The notes beneath the pieces are model-generated. The model made no database searches and had not been told where the DNA came from. It saw only the letters and a program-made list of their open reading frames with translations. A stretch of DNA of 59,621 nt, counting the filler, from Basidioascus undulatus (Eukaryota), in the NCBI GenBank assembly GCA_000826855.1. It is 7 parts of 7 records of this genome, joined end to end, with 100 filler letters (N's around TTAATTAATTAA, not from the genome) between each part and the next. Parts side by side here need not be neighbours in the genome. Positions count along the whole stretch, not along the records: positions 48,618 to 54,069 come from JTLS01001931.1; positions 54,170 to 59,621 come from JTLS01001932.1; 5 more parts are not named here. One strand, written 5' to 3'. Positions 49,222 through 59,621 of the stretch are shown here, in pieces; position 1 is the stretch's first letter, and each line of letters opens with the position of its first letter. The translations under genes and the position numbers were made by a program.

Positions 49222-51229
49222 TCTGGGGTTTGATTAGGAGCGAATGTAATTGGGAAGGTGGAAGGATTGGAGGTGCTCGGAGGAGTATTAGATGTGTGGA
49301 AGCGATGGATGATGGAGAATGAAGTCGCCAGTCGGTGCAGCACACGTCCTTTTATGCAGCGCGCGAGCCCCAGTTCCGAGCTATGGACTCTAAGCGCTAT
49401 TTTCTGCAACCACTCCCGATGTTGGTTCACTGGACCGTCGTACGTCATGAATGTGTTCTGGGGGGGCCGTCCGCAGCTCAGCGGCTCGCCATCCAGTCTG
49501 TGCTTGCGAGCCTTCAGTCTCGCTAAGCTCGAACATCTCAGGCAGGCTGGCCGCCCTTGCTCGCCAATCCATACAAAAGTATAGCTGAAAATACCGCGCC
49601 ACGTTCCCGCCACATCTAGAGACGAGAAAACTGCGCCATACGTGCGTCAGGAGGCTAGCGCTGAGTCCGCCCTCTGCTGCGCCTTCGAATGCCGGAGAGT
49701 CCGTCGTCTGGAAACGCGGATACAAGAGGTAGACACAAACGCTCAGCACCCGCGTATAGTGAAAGTAACGAAATTGCTTTGGGGCAGGTGTCGTCTCATC
49801 AAGTCAAGGTATGAGCATACGCCCGAGCTATTCACGCGTGCTCGAGCTGTGCACACGGCTGTTCACCCGCATCCTTCTCTTCGAACAACACACAACATCA
49901 CGTGGAGAGGGGTATCTTGCAATGGTAGACGGTCGCGCAACGCTCTCTCCCCTCCTCTCAAACGAGCGAGGTAGTCGAAGCACCTCGTTCACATCACCGC
50001 CGCTCCCACATCCCAGAGCAACAAGACCAAAAAAGGTACGTCGAAGCTTGAGGAAATAGTGGAACAGCTGGGGAAGGAGGTAAAGGAAGTGCGGGAAAAG
50101 ATCTTGAACCCTCACCCTCGCACCGCACCGGGCCTACTTCGTTCTCTCATGCCGCCGGTGACACTGGAAATCTCGTCGCAACCAGAAACTCGAGTTCACC
50201 CTCGTTCAGACCGAGCGCTCGAGCCCGGCCCTCTCTCCATCGCTTTCTCGATAACTGACAACAACACATAAATTCTTTTACGATGTTTGAAGGGGCTCCT
50301 ACGGCTTTCCAGCGTCCGAGAACATTAGGACGCAACCCAATCAACCAAGGTAGCACGACCCGGCTCGCGCGGCGCCTCTCCCTCCCTCCGGAGCAGGCGC
50401 TCCCATCGCCCACCCTCCCGACAACCCCGCTTCCGCGAATGACATCGGAAGCTTGTTGACGATAATGTGATACTCACAGCATCGCAGCCAACCTGTTTGA
50501 CTCACTCGAGAGCGAGAATAAGAAGAAGAAGGATAACTCGGTCAACGCGACCATCTCCCCTGCCCAGAAGACTAACCGGCCCGTTCTCGGGGTCCTAGAG
50601 GATGATGCCGGTTTTCCTAGGGTTCGCTCGCACTTGAGCGTGCCGGAAGTAATGCCGGTGCACCCCCGCACAGCTACACGCTCCTCTGCCCGACCGACAA
50701 CGCCTTCACAAACATTAACCTGACGCACTACCTCACCTCGCCCGCGGCGCTCGACGGGTGTGGCGCAAGCTCTCTCTGACGCTTAGGCATATCTGCACTT
50801 GGCAAACGCTTCCAACATGAACCAGAAAACCAGAAACAAAAAAAACCTCTCGTGCCCAGAACATAGACGCAGTGCGTATTTAAAAAAATCAATTGACCAC
50901 GTTAAACACAACTGCCTCGAAGCGATACCGATAATTGAATCTCTCGGCGCGGGGGGCTTTGCCAAGTCTATCACGTCCGGCGGGCCTTGGATGGCAAGGT
51001 ACGTTGATGTAATATTGTGGTGTAAAGGGCTCAGAATGCTGTATTTATTTTGGTATACTCGGCACTTAGAATTTGCAGTCAAGATATCGAGAGAGATTGG
51101 TGCTCGTCAAGCTTGTCAGCTGTCGGTCGCCGAGACCGTCTGCAGCAGCTATCGCATACCCACATTGCGGCTTTCCAGGTGGTTATCGACAGCCCGAACA
51201 GGGTGGAGGACTCGTCCCCTTGCTTAATG

Positions 51230-51450
51230 ATGCAGAGAAGGTCGTCCACTGCTTAGTCAAAGTCGTCCGGTAAGGGTCGCGGTCCCTCCCAGGCATTCAG
51301 GTCAGCCGCCAGTCGCGCATTGAACGTTTCCTTGTCGACTTTGAGCCAGTTCCTCCTGAGGGCTGTCTGAAGCTGCGGAACTTCGAGAGCCAGCTCAGTC
51401 TCTATGGGGAGGTGGTCAGAACCATGGTCATGCCTAATCGTTCCGACAAG
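51230..51450 (-). mobile_element. LINE ORF2 relic (end of APE endonuclease)
   Basis: HDHGSDHLPIETEL...RRNWLKVDKETF, the SDH motif and the following NW-K motif of LINE endonucleases. A stop codon follows. Confidence 0.75.
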
Positions 51451-51764
51451 TACGCGTGGACCAAGATGGCGGGCGGGCGCCCTGCATCGATGCTACATCG
51501 CCGCGCGCCCTGGCGCCAGGCGCCCGCCAGCGAGAGCTAGCTCAAGGTGCTCGCGAAGCGGCTGAAGCGCGAGGTGGAGGACTTGATGAAGGAGGGGTTG
51601 ACCAAGGGCGAGGCGGCCACTGCGCTCATGAGGCTCGTGAACGGCGGGAAGGCGCGTATGGAGTAGGATTCGAAGGTCGCGAGGCGCGATGCGGAGAAGA
51701 TGGAGAAGATGAGGAGGAAGCAGGATAGAGGGAGAGTCAGGGTTGCCAGGTTGGATAGCGACTG

Positions 51765-52460
51765 ATGGTCGTCCGCGCCCGCATGGAACAGGCCATTCGA
51801 TCGAAGTCCATCCTTAATTCAGATGGAAGCCATCCTAACATTCGCGCGGTCATCCTTCCCCGCTCTCGTGACATCCAGGTCATACTCCACACGGAGGACG
51901 ACGTCTTCACTCTCAAGTCGACTGGGTCGCGGCCAAACTCGCCATCCAATACCATGGCCACGTTGTTGACGTCGTCCGGGTCGACTCCCGCTTCGACATC
52001 GAGAACGGAATTAACACCCTCGTCGAGTCCCCCCAAGCCAAACTGGCCTGGCCCTGGAACCCCAACGAGGGCCCGGACCCAAAGCCCACCGCACCCTTCT
52101 CCTCTCGCTCCGCTCCTCGAGACCGCTAATCATGCCATCACCAACGGCGTCTCGATGCATGTTTTCCCCACATCGCCCGCGCGCAATGCGCCCATTCACA
52201 CAATGCTGGAAATGGTCACGCCCGGGACACACCGCAGCTCGCTGCAAGGCCAAGTCGAAGGCCTGTCCGCGCTGCGCCGGGCCCCACGAGCTTCCTGCAC
52301 TGCCCTGAATTCGCTTACAAGTGTTCGAACAGCACGAAGTGCGCGCACATCAAGAGAAGTGCGCACTCCGCGGCGACGCCCACTGCGCCACCTCCCGCGA
52401 CTGCCCGAAGAGGAAGGAATTGCTGGAGCGCCACAAGCAGAGGAGGCACGCGGAGGAGGG
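51765..52460 (+). mobile_element. LINE ORF1/gag-like relic
   Basis: IRAVILPRSRDIQV and, frameshifted, KCALRGDAHCATSRDCPKR, a degenerate C-terminal zinc knuckle typical of fungal LINE ORF1. Confidence 0.55.
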
Positions 52461-53193
52461 TCTTCTCTTCCCCGTCCCGAAGACGCTTATCTCCTTCCCT
52501 CCCCTTACGTGATGTCGGAACCATCCGGCGACTTGAACTCACATGCAGCGACCTTTCTAATTTTACAGTAGAGCGGAAGACAGCCTGAGGAGCCTGAAGG
52601 TGTGTTTCCGCCAGCTAACTCGGGGCGGATTGGAAAGATGAGTTGCAGAGGATTATAGAAGCTGGAACATAGGGGTAATACAGCCCGTGAAGCGGCAGTA
52701 CGCCCATGCTCTGAAAGAAGACTGAGCGCCGAAGCCCGCTCGTCGAACACCGCGACAAGGCAGAGGCCACTGCGCTCAGAATACATCGCTTGGTTCGTTT
52801 CCTGAGGCATGCTGCACTTTTGCGTATCACCATCCCCCTCAAGCCTGGCCTTGATTTCCAAGCGTCAGCGCGTTAACTGGCCAACGTCGAACACACAACG
52901 CTGCACCGCCTCAAGCCCTCCCATAATGCAGAATCTGTATCTTCCCAACATCTCTTACTCTGTTATCTTTTGCAGTGGTCAAGGTCAGGTGTTGGCGACA
53001 TATTCTTTTGAGGTGCTCGGCGAGCGAGGACGACCTTCCTGCCGAGTGGTGTTGGATTGCCTTCCCTCGCCGCGAGCAAAAGCATGTGCATCAACGGTAA
53101 TTCTGCAAAACGCTCCATCTTGACTCGCACATGTTGACCCGCAACCGACACAAGTCAAAAGCGCTCAATTTCCATACCTCCATATAACCCCTC

Positions 53194-53913
53194 TTAAATA
53201 TGCTTCCCCGTCGGCCAAAAAACCGGTACCCGCCTCTTATACTCCTCCCACTCCGTCCCCTCCCCCTTCTTCCCACTCCCGAACTTTTGGTCACTCGCCT
53301 TCTCCTGCAGCGACACGCCGGAGACATAGCGGATGAGTAGATACTCGAGCAGCGGGCTGGCGAAGGCCGCCTTCGCCGCGAGGGGGCTGTATGCGGCGCT
53401 GAGGGGTCTAGAAGCAAGGAGGGAGAGAGAAGTCCATTGGAGGACCTCACCGACATCTGCTGGGCGGGCGTATTAGTGGGTGAGTGTGGGGGGAGGGAAG
53501 AGCGGGACGGACAGTTCGGGTGGCGGGAATACGCCCCTGTTCCGTTGGAGGGGAGGTTCAGATGCAGTGTGGAAGGGGGAGAGGGAGGAAATGCACAAAG
53601 CCCAGACTTGATAAACGCCTCCTCATGCTTCTTCTCCGTCTTCTCCTCACGCCACGTGGACTTCTGGCGGTCCGCGATGACCTCCAACCTTCATCGCCTC
53701 CTGGTATCAGGCCCAAACCCAACACGAGAAGAGTAAAGAGGAAGAGAAAGAGGTGGAGGAAGAGAGAGGAAGAAGGGGCAAAGTGATGAACGCACAAGAA
53801 CGCCCCCGTCCACAATCCGACGCCGAGGAAGTCGCGCACCCCCAGGGCGGGGGGCGCGGAGGGGGGTAGGGCGTTGAGCAAGTAGACAGGGAGGCCTGTT
53901 AGGGTGATCCAGG
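53194..53913 (-). CDS. DUF1295 / steroid 5-alpha-reductase-family membrane protein, 3' part
   Basis: LPVYLLNA, EVIADRQKSTW, FIKSGL|..YSRHPN|.VGE, LIRYVSGVSLQEK, WEEYKRRVPVFWP. Stop at 53194. Confidence 0.9.
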
Positions 53914-54069
53914 CTGGGATTTACGGCGGATGTCAGTTGACTTGATTGAAGGACAGGAGAGTGGTCGGGTGGGAGGAGAGAAAGAGAGAAAGAGGAGAGG
54001 AGGGCAAGGAGAAGGTGAAGAGAAAAAGGGAAGGAGGGAAGGAGGGAAGGAGGGAAGGAGGGAGGGAGG

Positions 54070-54169
54070 NNNNNNNNNNNNNNNNNNNNNNNNNNNNNNN
54101 NNNNNNNNNNNNNTTAATTAATTAANNNNNNNNNNNNNNNNNNNNNNNNNNNNNNNNNNNNNNNNNNNN
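54070..54169. other. Artificial contig linker
   Basis: N44-TTAATTAATTAA-N44. Confidence 0.98.
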
Positions 54170-55038
54170 TTGTCCTTGGCGTCCATCTGCCCCCCCCCCC
54201 CCCAACCAACAAATATCAGTGATTAGCTCTCCCATACTACAGCTCTTCTTTCATAAAATGAAAAACGCACAGTCAGCGCTGTCGCGACGAGGAGCTCAAC
54301 GTGTGCCCGCCCCGGCGGAAAGAGGACGAGCTCGGCGCGCGAGCGGCGGAGAAGGATGTTGTGCTTGTAGCTGGCGAGAATCTGCAGGTGTGTGTATGGG
54401 GGTAAATTCAGACGTGTCAAGAATGAAGGAGAGAAAGTGAAGCAGAGACGTACCTCCTTCGTGTGGACATTCGTGCAGGTGAAGGAGCTCATCGTCGCGT
54501 CCCAGCGGCAGGTGTCGCCGTCTGTGCGGAGAGTCTGTTTCGGAGATTCCTCCACTTAGAGGATGAAAAAGGCTTACTGGGTAGAGTGAAGAAGTGCGTC
54601 CTGCAGTTGCTTCATGTTCAGTCCATAGTAACGAAGGTTGAAACCCGACGCAACGCGCCTAGTGAGCATCCCCTTCTTCCTGAGCGGGATCGTCGTCCCC
54701 TCAACAAGCACGTCCACATTCTTCCTAAAAATGCCTATCCCCTTCCACCACTCTCAGTCCCTCCCCTTCCTCTTCTCTTCCGACACCGACTCACCCGACC
54801 GCCGCACCTCCGCCACCAGCTGCCCCTCCCTTCCGTCCCCGCCAACGCGCAGGCGGATCGTGCGCTCCCCGAACGAGTGCACCTCGGCGTGGAAGGCGGG
54901 GCACCCGCGGGCGTCGAAGAGGGAGAGGTCGTTCCAACCTTTGCGCGCTTTGCGGATGTTCAGGGTCAGGCAGGCGTGTGGGTTCTCGACGGGCGAGGAG
55001 GGCGGGGAGGTGGTCGGGTTGTAGAAGTAGTCGGACAT
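54170..55038 (-). CDS. Hypothetical protein, LURP/Tubby C-like beta-rich family (3'-truncated)
   Basis: LTLNIRKARKGWNDLSLFD...LVAEVRRS|, RKKGMLTR|, DGDTCRWD, ILASYKH...VELLVATALT. Confidence 0.6.
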
Positions 55039-55759
55039 TGTACTGGTGAGAAGGCGTGGTCAAGGATAGATGATAGAGAAATTTGAAAGCTGAAGGAATG
55101 GAAGTGATTTGAGCGGATGGAGAGAGTCGGGAAAGTGGCCTGATGCGTTCGCCTGGGGCTGGCTGGGCGGAGAAGAAGACTTGCCACGAGGCATATGGCG
55201 CACACTGTTTGTAAACCCGTCGCTACCCTTGCCGCGACGGGCGGCATCCAGCGGTGTGCAGTTATCCCCAGGCCACCTGTCCAGTTCTCAGGAATGGAGC
55301 AACCGGACCGGACGAATACACAGCCGCTGAGAAGAGGTTGCGGCTGCTGCAACGTGCAAAAACGGTCCACTGCGCAGCAATCGTGTGAACAAGCAGCTTG
55401 CCTGTGGGTTGCCACTCGTGAAAGATCTTCAGAGCGGTGAGCTGGGGATTGAAATCTTCTATTAAAGGTTTTATCTGTTAAGAAAAGTGCAAGTGTACAC
55501 TTGCAAGATCCTGATAATTCTTCCGGTGCAACCTATGAGAACACGCCAATCAATATTATCGATTGACAGCAAAACAATAATATCATTCCAATCCGATTCC
55601 GAAGTCTTTCTCTACTGTAGTGATCATGAAGAAACTTCTGAACAACCTGGAAGCCTGCTACACGGCGCGGTGCAGGCACTGTAACTCTGCGTTCAAGAGA
55701 GCAATGCATATGGTATGGATTCGTCTCCCCTGCGAGCACATTCACGGTAGAATATTCCT

Positions 55760-56350
55760 ATTACTGAGACACAAAGCAATACCTCGTTGGGCATAAAGAG
55801 CGGGCGAGCGCCTTCAACTCGTCGGGAGGTATATCAGCGTCCAAAACAAAGTAGCTCAGGTTAATTTGCTTCAGAGGCTGGGAAGCCCGTTCATAGAAGG
55901 GCCGCAGAAACCTGAGTGAACGCGACGCGTCTTCCGTCCCCAAGCCGATGGTGAGGTCGGTCAACTTTGAGGGGAGAGACTTTGCGAGAGCATCGACGGC
56001 CGTAATGTTCCATACGAAGAGCGGAAAGATTGGAAGGACCGTAAGAAGGGTACGACATCCGGCATGAGCGGTTCGAGGACGGTAAAGTCACCGACACGAC
56101 GGATCTGAGGACGTAGAGAGTGAAGAATTCATGAAGTGTTCCGCGGAGCATTCCGAGCATTGGAAGTCGATGTCGTCCAGAGAGGGGAAGCGGGACCGAG
56201 CGAGGAAATGCACAACATCGTGTAATTGACCCCGTCCTCAACGCAGAACTCGAGCCTACGCAGGTCCGGTAAGTCGATTTGGGCGAAGAACGGCTTGGTG
56301 GTACAGACAAACTGGTCCTCCGCCAGCCGATGGTAGACCACGCAACACCT
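55760..56350 (-). pseudogene. Possible F-box/LRR-type gene remnant
   Basis: IDLPDLRRLEF and LTDLTIGLG...LKQINLSY LRR-like segments lie in broken frames. Confidence 0.3.
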
Positions 56351-57073
56351 CACATGCAAGGTCCTGCATTCAGCTCACTATTCACGATCCTGAAGCCTGG
56401 CCTCCCTTGGTCATTTCACCCCAAAATATTTGGTGCTATACATAGACACTTATGTGAGATGACACTGCTATAGACTTGAAGGATCTGGCGATAGCTGTAG
56501 GTCGAAGGTCACTACGCATTGACATCGATGCAGTTGAATTTGCGTTGTAAGTTGGCATCACTCATGTGTTGGCTCACACATCGATGAAAGCAAGACAATT
56601 TCAGGGCTAGTGTGCAGGAGAACCGAATAAGGCGGTGAAAGTAAGGAAGAAGGAACGTTGCTGGCCTTGGCCATCAACCCTCGGCCTCTCAGACTGTGAA
56701 CCCGTCATTACCCTGTCGAGACCGCAAGCATCCGAACGGACTGCATTCATTTTCTATTCAAAGATCGGATGGGTTCCACACAATGGAGCAACAAGACCCC
56801 AGGAAAGTAAAGCAGTTGAAGCAACAGCAGCAGCGGCCTGCAGTGCTGCAACAGTCGATTGCGCAGTTGCCTGCACGAACAGTTTGCGTACGGATTGCAC
56901 CGTCTGATCATGCCAAAAGACTTCGGAGACATATATATTACCCTGAAGGATATAGTCACGTGAAGCGCACAAAGCCGTTGAGGTAGTCTAGGACCCATAT
57001 CAGCATGGGATCAACTTCAATTTGCTTCAAGTACAAAACGACAAAGGGGGGAGACGGTGAAGTACAAAAGAGT

Positions 57074-57152
57074 TGCGTCGTCCAGGAATCGAACCCGGTT
57101 CTCCGCCTGCTAAAATGGGAAAGCGAAATCATAACCATTAGACCAACGACGC
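57074..57152 (-). tRNA. tRNA-Gly(CCC) with 7-nt intron
   Basis: GCGTCGTTGGTCTAATGGTTATGATTTCGCTTTCCCA[TTTTAGC]AGGCGGAGAACCGGGTTCGATTCCTGGACGACGCA; the acceptor stem and T-arm pair. Confidence 0.85.
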
Positions 57153-58891
57153 TTGCAGAAGCCTTTTCTTTGCATAACCCAGGTCTCCGTTGAACCGAAT
57201 AACATATGGTATGGGGAGGCAGAGGCATGGACACCAAGTTTCTGCCCCTTAGGAAGACAGTGCTCCCACGTTCGTGCGAGTTTTTTTTTACGCAAGCATC
57301 TGCGTACGCCTTGAGAGACTGTCGAAGACGAGGCAGAACTTCAAGAACAGCGCCGTGCATTGCACGGCTCTATCATGCCTTTTGACAACAACCGATCCTG
57401 GCATTCTGTTTTCAGGATCGCATGCAGATATAATGCAAAGAGACAGAGAGAAACTACAGGCGCGGCGGGCAGGGAAGGAGCGGTGTGGGGAAGGCAGAAA
57501 AGCGCAATGGAAGACGGGACAACATCGAGAGATGGTACGTGGTCGTCTGGAATAAAACGCGAACTCGGATGAGCTCTAGTAGTTCAGAGAACGTGCGCAC
57601 GAAAGTGAAGGATAGCTACGCAGCCCTCCAGCAGACGAACACCGAACGAGCGACTACTCCGACTCCAGCTGCGACGCAACACGGGCATTGTAGATCTCCA
57701 GAAGGGCGTCGCGCTCCCTCTCGACACGTTCGACCATCTGCCTGAGCTCGTGCAATGCAGTTTACCGTGCCTTGTGGAGCTGCGCGCCTGCTTCCGCGCT
57801 TCGATCTCGGCCTCCTCGACGGGCAGCTTCGGCTTCGAGAGCTTTGATGTCCTCTGCGTGCCACGCATGGGCTATTTCGTAAAGCCCTGCGGCTTGTTGA
57901 TGTCGAAGAGCTTACCTGCGACGACGTGGCGCGCTTCAACGGAAGCGAGTACCCTCGCCTGGGCCGCCCTGAGTTTCTCCTCTACCTCCGTCCAACTGTT
58001 TTCTTCAAGACCCATGTCTTGACTCATACGAAACAGAGAAATTGCCGGGACCGGTCCCGAAAACGGGGAAGAATTAGGAGCGGCTAAAGGACAGGAGATA
58101 GATCTCGTTAGTCTTGTCTCCGAGATAAAGGCGTAGGTGGTCCAGCTCCACATACCTGGAGTAGACAGTGGTCTGCCTAATACACCCACCGCTGCCCGTC
58201 AGTCTCATCGACGCCTGCGGGCTTCCAGCAATTTTCGGGCTGCAATGCACCTGAAGCTGGATCACGGCCAGTGGTGCTGACGTTTGAGCTTATCAGTACT
58301 TGCAGAGGCAGAATGCGGGTGTTGTAGACGTGGATGGTGAGGCGGCGTGGGCGTGAAAAAGGCGTGGAGTCTGGTCTACGCGTGGGCGTGGGCGTCGGGT
58401 TGGTGGGTCGGGCGGACGGGATATAAGTCGGTATCGCCGAGGTGGCGGTGCGAGGGGTCAGCAGCGGTGCAAACGGCGCTACAGACGTGGAGTAGGAAGC
58501 GAAGCGATGGATGGCGGCCGTCGCGCGGAGGCAGCGTCGAGAATGTCAGCCGGAACACGAGAGCGAGTGAAAGGGACTGTGCATATATGTGAAAGGAGAG
58601 TAGGGAAAGCGAGCGCGGATGAGAGTAAACACGAGCAAGCGCGCGGCGATCTCGCGACGAAGGGAGCCGAGGCAAGTCTCTTGACCTTTTGCTTGCGTGG
58701 TGAACGTGGCAAATAGGAAAATGCCAAAATCAAGGTGAAACGGTAAGCAAATCGCACATTGCGTCTGCGAGCGCGACGACCTGTGAACGCGACGGCTGAC
58801 GAGCGCGACTGCGGCGCTTCTCCCCAGTGCAGCTCCCTCGAGTCAAACCTGCAACCATCCATCTCATTCCCCTTCCCCCGCCCCATCTCCC

Positions 58892-59621
58892 TCAATCCGC
58901 CTCCTCGACGACGGTCGATCCCTCCCGCGTAACGCCCATGACCTCCCACCTGCACCGGACGCCGCGCTCGGCAAAGATGGCCTCGATGTCGCGCGCGATG
59001 TGCTCGTGCCCGTGCGTATGCAGGGCGAGGATCGTCGGCCCCGCGCCCGAGAGGCAGATCCCAAGCAGGCCTGGGTGCGTCTTGGGCGTCAGGGTGGAGA
59101 TGATGCGGGGGAGACCGGGGATCTAAGATTGGGGAGGGTTCAGTGAGGGGGAAGGGGAAGGGAAGTGAGAAAGGGAAAGCGGAGACGCACGAGCTCGGAT
59201 CGGTAGGGTTGGTGAAGCTTGTCTTGCATTGCTTCCCAGATTAGGTCCGCATCGGGCGGGGAGCGCGCGAGCGCGGTGGTCAGCACCGCGAGACGCTGGA
59301 GGTTGAAGACCTGTTTCCCAACCCCATATATGAGCCTCACAAGACGCCGAGCGAGCGAAAGGGAAGCACGCACCACGTCCGCGCGCGAGTACTCCTTCGG
59401 CAGGCAGTCCCTTGCCTTGGCGGTGGACACCTCAAACTGAGGGATGACCACGAGCGCCTTGACCTCCTCCGCCCAGCCGTACCTGACCCAGTGCCCGATG
59501 CCGACAGGGGGGATGGGCGGGGTGCGGCCCCACTGCTCGCCGGCATCAGGCGGGTACTCAGGGAGGACCTCGCTGAGTGGCACGCTGGCGGGGTCGAGCG
59601 CATCGGCGGGGAGCGTGCGGA
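58892..59621 (-). CDS. THR1: Homoserine kinase (5'-truncated)
   Basis: STAKARDCLP..YSRADV|VFNLQRLAVL, AMQDKLHQPYR, and the GHMP motif GLLGICLSGAGPTILAL. Stop at 58892. Confidence 0.95.

Overview
Eukaryotic, GC-rich, intron-dense fungal DNA. The GTGAGT/GTGCGT donors, CTGAC branch points and ~50-80 nt introns suggest a Pucciniomycotina/Microbotryomycetes-type basidiomycete yeast (inference). The window is not one locus: it is seven contigs joined by artificial 100-nt linkers (N44-TTAATTAATTAA-N44). Recognisable genes are a probable TFIIF large subunit (5' part), an HDHD2-like HAD hydrolase, NDUFB8, an F-box-like protein, an FlbA/Sst2-type RGS protein, two DUF6593/LURP-like proteins, an acetoin-reductase-like SDR, NOP58, a DUF1295 protein, THR1, tRNA-Gln(CTG) and an intron-containing tRNA-Gly(CCC). 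LINE relics and pseudogenes are also present. Most notable: (i) a secreted Lys/Asp polyampholyte precursor built from tandem exon+identical-intron modules, each ending GKRDE (KEP-like); (ii) a fusion of a degenerate dehydrogenase domain, an intact dehydrogenase domain and a DUF1537 kinase (LtnD-OtnK-like); (iii) two unrecognised local paralog families, one with reciprocal stops at Trp codons; (iv) a 367-bp segment with 28-bp inverted repeats and a perfect 10-bp flanking duplication. All calls come from manual reading, and exon boundaries are approximate.
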